45,964 bases of DNA from an uncultured bacterium (GTDB lineage: Bacteria; Bacillota; Clostridia; Lachnospirales; Lachnospiraceae): contig CAJMMH010000001.1 in NCBI GenBank assembly GCA_905214365.1, positions 1 through 45,964 of the forward strand. Reading direction: 5' to 3'. Shown one piece after another: positions 37,139 through 43,645 of the stretch. The stretch's first letter is position 1, and each line of letters opens with the position of its first letter. The notes under the pieces were generated by a model. The model was not told the origin of the DNA and did no database searches. It saw only the letters and a program-made list of their open reading frames with translations. The position numbers and the translations under genes are program-made.

Positions 37139-38960
37139 CCATAACGCCGACATCCGCGAAGATTGCCGCCCACATGTTGGCAACGCCGATCGCGCCGAGG
37201 AACAGACAAATGATTTTCACGCCGATTGCAAAGTAAATGTTCTCATATACGATCCGCAGGCACTTGCGGGAAATGCGGATTGCTTTTGAAATTTTAACCG
37301 GATCATCGTCCATCAGGACAACATCCGCAGCCTCAATTGCCGCATCTGAACCAAGTGCGCCCATTGCAATACCGATATCTGCACGGGAAAGTACCGGAGC
37401 GTCATTGATGCCGTCACCGACAAATACCAGTTTTTCCTTCTCCGTCTTCGCCCGCAGCAGCTGCTCTACCTTTTCAACCTTGTCGCCCGGAAGAAGCTCG
37501 CTGTAAACCTGATCAATGCCAAGCTCCTTTGCCGTCTGATCCGCAGCCGCCTTACGGTCGCCGGTCAGCATCACAGTTTTACGGATTCCCGCACGCTTCA
37601 GTTCTGCAATTGCTTCCTTCGCCGTCGGCTTCGTGCGGTCAGAAATCAGGATATGACCCGCATACTTGCCGTCTATTGCCATATGCACAACGGTTCCCAC
37701 ACTATGACACTCCATCGGTTCGATGCCAAGGCTTCTCATCAGTTTACCATTTCCAGCTGCAACGGAAACTCCGTCAATCTTTGCAATCACGCCGTTTCCG
37801 CTGATTTCCTGTACATCGCTGACACGGTTCTTATCAATCGGCTTGCCGTACGCTTTCTGCAGGCTCAGACTGATCGGATGGTTTGAAAAACTCTCTGCAT
37901 GAGCAGCAAGCTCCAGAAGCTTCTCATTCTCCATCGTACTGTGATGGATTCCGCTGACCTCAAATACGCCCTGCGTCATCGTACCAGTCTTATCAAATAC
38001 AACAATCTTTGTTCCCGCAAGCGCTTCCAGATAGTTGGAACCCTTGACAAGCACACCCGCCTTGCTGGCTCCGCCGATTCCGGCAAAGAAGCTTAACGGA
38101 ATACTGATAACCAGCGCGCACGGACAGCTGATAACCAGGAAGGTCAGCGCACGGAAAATCCATTCGTTCCACTCCGGAGACACATGAAGAAATATAATCC
38201 GGAACAGCGGTGGCAATACCGCAAGGGCAACCGCGCCATAGCAGACAGCCGGGGTATAGTACTTTGCAAATTTAGAAATAAAGTTCTCAGATCTCGACTT
38301 CTTTGAGCTTGCGTTCTCAACCAGATCAAGAATCTTGGATACAGTAGACTCACCAAACTCTTTTGTCGTACGGATCTTAATCAGACCGGACATATTGATA
38401 CAGCCGCTGATAATCTCATCGCCGACACTGGCATCTCTCGGTACACTTTCACCGGTCAGCGCGCTGGTATTCAGCGTTGTCTTCCCTTCGGTAATCACGC
38501 CGTCAATCGGCACCTTTTCGCCAGGCTTTACAACAATTATCGTACCGATCTCAACCTCATCCGGATCGACCTGCTCCAGATCGCCGCTCTCTGTTTCTAC
38601 ATTTGCATAATCCGGACGGATATCCATCAGATCACTGATATTGCGGCGGCTCTTGCCCACTGCATAGCTCTGGAACAGCTCGCCGATCTGATAAAACAGC
38701 ATAACGGCAACGCCTTCCTGGTAATCGCCGAGCGCAATTGCTCCGATCGTTGCGACTGCCATCAGAAAATTCTCGTCAAATACCTGACGGTTCATAATTC
38801 CCTTTCCCGCCTTAATCAGGATGTCATATCCGATCACTAAGTACGGGATCATATACAGTGCTGCGCGCACAAATCCTTCGACAGGAAGGAAATGCAAAAC
38901 AATCATACATACTGCCGCAATGATGATGCGGATCAGAACCTTCTTCTGCTTTTTGTTCAT
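37089..38960 (-). CDS. cadA: P1B heavy-metal (Zn/Cd/Pb) translocating ATPase without an N-terminal HMA domain
   Basis: LTGESVP, ISCPCAL, DKTGT, SNHP, GDGINDAP, FADVG; start MNKKQ after AAGGAGG. Confidence 0.92.
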   Translation of the reverse strand: MNKKQKKVLIRIIIAAVCMIVLHFLPVEGFVRAALYMIPYLVIGYDILIKAGKGIMNRQVFDENFLMAVATIGAIALGDYQEGVAVMLFYQIGELFQSYAVGKSRRNISDLMDIRPDYANVETESGDLEQVDPDEVEIGTIIVVKPGEKVPIDGVITEGKTTLNTSALTGESVPRDASVGDEIISGCINMSGLIKIRTTKEFGESTVSKILDLVENASSKKSRSENFISKFAKYYTPAVCYGAVALAVLPPLFRIIFLHVSPEWNEWIFRALTFLVISCPCALVISIPLSFFAGIGGASKAGVLVKGSNYLEALAGTKIVVFDKTGTMTQGVFEVSGIHHSTMENEKLLELAAHAESFSNHPISLSLQKAYGKPIDKNRVSDVQEISGNGVIAKIDGVSVAAGNGKLMRSLGIEPMECHSVGTVVHMAIDGKYAGHILISDRTKPTAKEAIAELKRAGIRKTVMLTGDRKAAADQTAKELGIDQVYSELLPGDKVEKVEQLLRAKTEKEKLVFVGDGINDAPVLSRADIGIAMGALGSDAAIEAADVVLMDDDPVKISKAIRISRKCLRIVYENIYFAIGVKIICLFLGAIGVANMWAAIFADVGVMVIAVLNAIRALSVKDL

Positions 38961-38985
38961 AGCAGCTGCCCTCCTTGATTGTTCA

Positions 38986-39041
38986 ATGTACTCCCGGAAT
39001 CTTTTTATGTTTACCTTTCCGTGAAAATTACGAGTGTACAT
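38986..39041 (-). repeat. ~58-nt UTR stem-loop element
   Basis: atgtactcccggaatct...cgagtgtacat; 25 nt upstream of the cadA ATG. Confidence 0.75.
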
Positions 39042-39053
39042 CTTTCCTCTTTT

Positions 39054-39112
39054 CATATGAACAATTATTCATATGTTTAAGCTTATTATAACATGATTCC
39101 ATCTTCTGTCAA
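39054..39112 (-). promoter_or_regulatory. cadA promoter with an ArsR/SmtB (CzrA-like) operator
   Basis: TTGACA-N16-TATAAT with TG extension (39112-39085); palindrome CATATGAACAATTATTCATATG at 39054-39075. Confidence 0.8.
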
Positions 39113-39163
39113 GAGCTTTTCTTTTTTTCCTGCAAAATTCTTTCTGAAAATCCGTTCCTGTCC

Positions 39164-39203
39164 AGAGCGTGCTTTAAAAATCATTCCCGCAATCTGCACG
39201 CCC
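39164..39203 (-). repeat. Right end of the ~165-bp MITE
   Basis: agagcgtgctttaaaaaatcattcccgcaatctgcacgccc is close to the reverse complement of 21094-21133. Confidence 0.8.
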
Positions 39204-39318
39204 GGTAACGTGCGGGCAAAAACACTGTCCTTGATTTTCCATCCGTTTTCCAATATAATCCCTTGCTTTCCAAAAACCGGCATGATAAAGTTTATATCAT
39301 AAAAACGCAATATGCGAA

Positions 39319-39375
39319 ATGTACTCCTGGAAAATCAGCTGCAAAACAGATACATATGAGATTCCGAGCGTACAT
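39319..39375 (+). repeat. ~58-nt UTR stem-loop element, complete copy
   Basis: atgtactcctggaaaatcagctgc...gagattccgagcgtacat; 24 nt upstream of ATG 39400. Confidence 0.85.
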
Positions 39376-39399
39376 CATATCAGAAAGGGGAGGATCCTG

Positions 39400-40773
39400 A
39401 TGTCTGCAAAACGTGCTTCTGCAAAACTCGATATGACAAATGGTTCCATTGTAAAACTGATTCTATTGTTCGCTCTGCCGATTTGTGCCGGAAACGTGCT
39501 CCAGCTGCTTTACAACACAGTGGATAAGCTTGTAATCGGAAATTTCTGCGACTCCGCGTCGCTTGCCGCAGTCGGCACCAGCTCGCAGCCGGTCGAAATG
39601 CTTCTGTGTATTTTCCTCGGCATCGGCACCGGCGTTTCAATTCTGGTGTCCCACAGCGTCGGTGGAAACGATCAGAAACGGCTGAAAACAGTCACTGCAA
39701 CGGCGATCGGCTTCCTGTACTGCAGCGCGATTCCGCTGACTGTAATCGGACTGTTTGTCGGCCCGCTGATCCTGCGGTTTATGCAGGTTCCAGCAGATGC
39801 CTGGGACTATGCCGTTGCCTACCTGCAGATCATCCTTCTCGGTGTGCTCGGCAACATGGGCTACAACATGAATGCCGGCATCCTGCGCGGTCTCGGAGAC
39901 AGCCGTTCTACGCTGATTTTTCTGATTATCTCCTGTATCGCCAACATTGTTATGGATCTGCTGTTTGTTGTTGTTTTCCACATGAACGTATCGGGCGTTG
40001 CCGTTGCTACAACGATTTCCATGTATATTTCCTGGCTGTTCAGTATCTTCTATATTAAAAAGCACTATCCGGAGCTGGAGTTCACCTTCCTGCCTCAGCG
40101 CATTGATAAAAATGAACTGAAAAGCATCATCCAGGTCGGTCTCCCGCTCGGTCTGAATAACTCCATCTATTCGGTCGGACACATGGTTCTCCAGATCCTC
40201 ATTAACATGCAGGGATCAACCTTCGTTGCCGCCTGCTCGGTCGCCACTACTGTCACCGGCATCGCCAACGTTGCCATCGGCTCCTTTTCTGCCGCCGCGA
40301 CAACCTTTTCCGGTCAGAACTTCGGCGCGCAAAAGTACCGCAGACTGGTTACCGGCGGCCGTCTGATTCCGATCTGCAACGGCGTCATTGCCGCTTCCGC
40401 CGGAATCATCGTCACAATCTTCTGCCGTCCGATTCTTAGTGTGTTTACTAAAGACTCTGCTGCCATTGATCTCGCTGTCCTGTACATCTATGTCGTCCTT
40501 CCGAGCTACTGGACATACGCGGTGTTCAACTGCATCCTCAACTTTGCCAATGGACTTGGCGAGGTCCGCTATTCAACCATGATTAACCTGCTTATGCTGT
40601 GGGCTGTGCGGATCCCGTGCGCCTGCCTGATTGCTTTCTGCATCAGCGGAACCTACGTTATGGCATGCTATCCGATCAGCTTTGCCTTCGGCATGATCTG
40701 CATGCTTCATTTCTTCCGCACCAAACAATGGGCCAATATCAAGCAGAAAGCGGCAGAGGAAACGGCGGTCTGA
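39400..40773 (+). CDS. MATE efflux transporter
   Basis: GNVLQLLYNTVDKLVIG, ILRGLGDS, TFSGQNFGA; start after GGGGAGG. Confidence 0.92.
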   Translation: MSAKRASAKLDMTNGSIVKLILLFALPICAGNVLQLLYNTVDKLVIGNFCDSASLAAVGTSSQPVEMLLCIFLGIGTGVSILVSHSVGGNDQKRLKTVTATAIGFLYCSAIPLTVIGLFVGPLILRFMQVPADAWDYAVAYLQIILLGVLGNMGYNMNAGILRGLGDSRSTLIFLIISCIANIVMDLLFVVVFHMNVSGVAVATTISMYISWLFSIFYIKKHYPELEFTFLPQRIDKNELKSIIQVGLPLGLNNSIYSVGHMVLQILINMQGSTFVAACSVATTVTGIANVAIGSFSAAATTFSGQNFGAQKYRRLVTGGRLIPICNGVIAASAGIIVTIFCRPILSVFTKDSAAIDLAVLYIYVVLPSYWTYAVFNCILNFANGLGEVRYSTMINLLMLWAVRIPCACLIAFCISGTYVMACYPISFAFGMICMLHFFRTKQWANIKQKAAEETAV

Positions 40774-40792
40774 CCACAGGCCGTTTCCATTT

Positions 40793-41767
40793 TCAATTTC
40801 TGACTGGGTATTTGCGCGCGTATTCCTGTTTCAGCAGCAAAAGCTCTTCTAACTGTTTTAAAATATAAAACAATACCGCGCGGCTCTCGAACTCCTCCCG
40901 TTCTTTCGGAAGAGGTTCCTTTTTCATCTCCTTTAACAGCGTATGAAGCTGCGCAATCAATTGCTGCCCGTCATTTCCGCTGTCATACTGCCTGCCGGTC
41001 TGTTCCAGAAATTTTCCCACCTTCTCCGCCTGATCCGGAAGATACGACAGCATACGGATACTCTGATAAATATGCTTCAGCACCAGGCTCTGTGCCATCC
41101 GCATTTCCGTATAATCCAGCTCCCGTCCGGACGATGCCGGAAATGAATTATCGATATTTGCAACCGCCAAAGATCGTGCCTCCTGCAGCTGCTTCTGAAG
41201 TACCTGAAAGCAACTGCCGTCATAATTCGACCGGTCCAGAGAGCGTACGCGCTCTGCCATGCGCAGGATTATCCCCCGGATTGTCTCATCCGCCTCGTCC
41301 ATGCGGCTCTTCCACAGCGCCGCCTTCGGATGAAGATGAAGATTCAGCAGGATTCCGATTCCGGTTCCGATCGCAAACAGCAGCACCTCATTCACAACCA
41401 GCTCCGGCGTCATCGCTTTTTCCGTCAGGAAATGCGTAATCAATACGGAATCCATAGCAATCGCCGCTGTCCATCCTGCCGCCAGACAAAGAAATGAAAA
41501 CAGCAGCAGATATACGCCGAACGCAGGAATCGTAAAGCCAATCCAATTCCAGCAAATTGCGGAAAGAACCAATGCGCAGCCAAACGCAAGCGTCCGTCCA
41601 AGCGCGGTCTGAAGCGTCTCCCTTTTGGTATTCTGAATCGTCAGAATCGTAATAATTCCTGCCGACGTACTGTAGCGCAGCCCAGCGAGCGCGGCAATTA
41701 CAATCGCCAGAATCGCGCCGCCCGTGATTTTAGCTGCCTTCATCCAGGTTTCTTTTCGGTTCTCCAT
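40793..41767 (-). CDS. Aromatic acid exporter / FUSC-like membrane protein (YgaE-like)
   Basis: SAGIITILTIQNTKRETL, hydrophobic N-half, C-terminal LPKEREEFESRAVLF. Confidence 0.82.
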   Translation of the reverse strand: MENRKETWMKAAKITGGAILAIVIAALAGLRYSTSAGIITILTIQNTKRETLQTALGRTLAFGCALVLSAICWNWIGFTIPAFGVYLLLFSFLCLAAGWTAAIAMDSVLITHFLTEKAMTPELVVNEVLLFAIGTGIGILLNLHLHPKAALWKSRMDEADETIRGIILRMAERVRSLDRSNYDGSCFQVLQKQLQEARSLAVANIDNSFPASSGRELDYTEMRMAQSLVLKHIYQSIRMLSYLPDQAEKVGKFLEQTGRQYDSGNDGQQLIAQLHTLLKEMKKEPLPKEREEFESRAVLFYILKQLEELLLLKQEYARKYPVRN

Positions 41768-42041
41768 GAGTTCCTCCCTTTTATCTTCACACGCTCTAGA
41801 CTATTCTGTCTGTTTTTTCCCGCGTCCTTTTTTGTCAGTATACCCGCTTCCTGTCCTTCCGGCAATGCAATTTTTCTCAAAAATCCGTCACTGCCTGAGC
41901 AAAACAGAGTTACTGTTCACGCTTTGCGCAAATAAAAACAGTCATGCAGCTTTTTGCTTCTCGTGCAATCTGCCCGAATTTCGTTGTGTTTTCTGTTGAA
42001 ATACGATATACTGACCTCAAACAGATCCGTATTATTTTCAT

Positions 42042-43602
42042 ATTAAGAAAAAGGAAACGTCGTCCCTTTAGGGACGTTTTTACAACTTAGCTTTCACTGG
42101 AATATACAGCATAATTATATACAGTGAAAGCAAGAAAGGAGCAGTTACTATGGCAGAGATTGTAAAAACAATGAAGTTACATATCCACCCGCAAAAGAAG
42201 GATATTGCAGCCCTGACTGAGCTTACTGAAAGCTATCGGGTTGCCTGTAACTTTGTGTCTTGCTATCTCTTTGACCATGGTTTCCCATTAAACTCAGTTG
42301 AATTAAGTAAGCTCCTGTATCAGACACTTCGCACTGAGTACGGCTTAAAATCTCAGCTTGCTCAGTCCTGTATCAAAACAGTAATTGCAAGATACAAAAC
42401 CATTAAAGATCAACTTTTTAATCATCCCTATTCTTATCAGGAGAAAGATGAACCCAGACAGTATATCACGAGAACACTTGACTGGTTACAAAAGCCGGCT
42501 CTTTTCTCACGCCCGCAAGCAGATTTCGTTCGAAATCGTGATTACAGCTTTGTGGACGGTGGCTCAGTTCTTTCCTTGAATACGTTGCAGGGTCGAATTC
42601 ATGTATCCTTCGATGTACCGGAATGCTTTAAGGACTACTTTGACGGTTCCTGGAAATTTGGAACCGGAAAGATTGTCAGTCTTCTTGGCGAATGGTATCT
42701 GCATATTCCAATGACAAAAGAGTACGAGAAGGAGTATTCCTCTGAAACTGTAAAACATGTTGTTGGAATTGATCGCGGATTGCGTTTTCTTGCAGCCACC
42801 TATGATGAACAGGGAACGACTGCTTTCTTTGACGGCAAAGCGATCATGCAAAAGAGAGATGCTTTTCAGGCTGTCCGCTCTGAGGCTCAGTCAAGAGGTA
42901 CCAAATCAGCGAAACGTGTATTAAAACGTGTTTCCGGACGAGAGAACCGTTGGATGACCGATGTGAATCATCGGATCACAAAGACACTCGTGACGAAATA
43001 CGGACAGGGAACGCTGTTTGTACTTGAAGACTTAACCAGAGTCAGCTTCAATGAGGAGAATATAAGTCAGCTCACTAAAACAGGTCGCAGACAGTTACGC
43101 TCCTGGTCTTTCTGCCAGATGGAACAAATGCTTGCCTATAAAGCACACGAGACAGCTTCTGAGGTTATCAAAGTAAAGCCTGATTATACTTCTCAGCGTT
43201 GTCCAAAGTGCGGACGGATTCGAAAAGAGAACAGGCATCATGACATCCATGAATATATCTGTGACTGCTGTGGCTATTGTTCCAATGATGATCGTATCGG
43301 AGCCATGAATATCCAGTTACTTGGCACCTTCTATGTGTCTGGAGACACGAATCCGAAACTGAAGCACAAAGAAAACTAATATTCCGGCCGGGCATGCCTG
43401 GCCGGAGCAAAAAACGGGTGTTGTCAACCACCCGGCGATGTACCCGCAATCCCATGTACCTGGGGACGCGAGCAAAAGCGCAGTCTGGAAGCATCTTCGG
43501 ATGACGCTAGGACCAGATGGGCGAGGTACAAACTATCTCAACCTATTGGGTTACGGGGTCTTTAGCAAGCCCCGATCCCTTTAGGGGCGGGTTGTAGTTG
43601 AC
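42042..43602 (+). mobile_element. Non-autonomous IS200/IS605-family element (tnpB only, IS1341-like)
   Basis: Left-end hairpin cgtccc-ttta-gggacg (42061-42076) and right-end hairpin cccgatccc-ttta-ggggcggg followed by GTAGTTGAC; no tnpA; visibly more AT-rich than flanks. Left boundary is inferred (after TCAT, or after TTAA at 42046). Confidence 0.85.
42150..43379 (+). CDS. tnpB: RNA-guided endonuclease TnpB
   Basis: RuvC-I VGIDRG, RuvC-II VLEDL, Zn finger TSQRCPKCG...CDCCG, RuvC-III NDDRIGAMNI; SD AAAGGAG. Confidence 0.95.
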   Translation: MAEIVKTMKLHIHPQKKDIAALTELTESYRVACNFVSCYLFDHGFPLNSVELSKLLYQTLRTEYGLKSQLAQSCIKTVIARYKTIKDQLFNHPYSYQEKDEPRQYITRTLDWLQKPALFSRPQADFVRNRDYSFVDGGSVLSLNTLQGRIHVSFDVPECFKDYFDGSWKFGTGKIVSLLGEWYLHIPMTKEYEKEYSSETVKHVVGIDRGLRFLAATYDEQGTTAFFDGKAIMQKRDAFQAVRSEAQSRGTKSAKRVLKRVSGRENRWMTDVNHRITKTLVTKYGQGTLFVLEDLTRVSFNEENISQLTKTGRRQLRSWSFCQMEQMLAYKAHETASEVIKVKPDYTSQRCPKCGRIRKENRHHDIHEYICDCCGYCSNDDRIGAMNIQLLGTFYVSGDTNPKLKHKEN

Positions 43603-43620
43603 TTCTTTTCAGAACTCAAT
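43380..43620 (+). ncRNA. Predicted TnpB omegaRNA/reRNA (scaffold to 43602 plus flank-derived guide)
   Basis: Hairpin cgggtg-ttgtcaac-cacccg whose loop GTCAAC (43423-28) is complementary to the terminal GTTGAC (43597-602); long-range tgtacccgc/gcgaggtaca stem; right-end hairpin. Confidence 0.7.
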
Positions 43621-43645
43621 AAAATACAAACAAGGAGCCGCATAT

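Noticed and set aside
11666..39375. CRISPR interpretation of the repeated palindromes
   Set aside because: Copies are dispersed, degenerate and not regularly spaced; no cas genes.
42150..43379. Nuclease-dead TnpB (TldR-like) or Cas12f
   Set aside because: RuvC D/E/D motifs are present, IS ends flank it, there is no array, and I saw no second guide match in the window.
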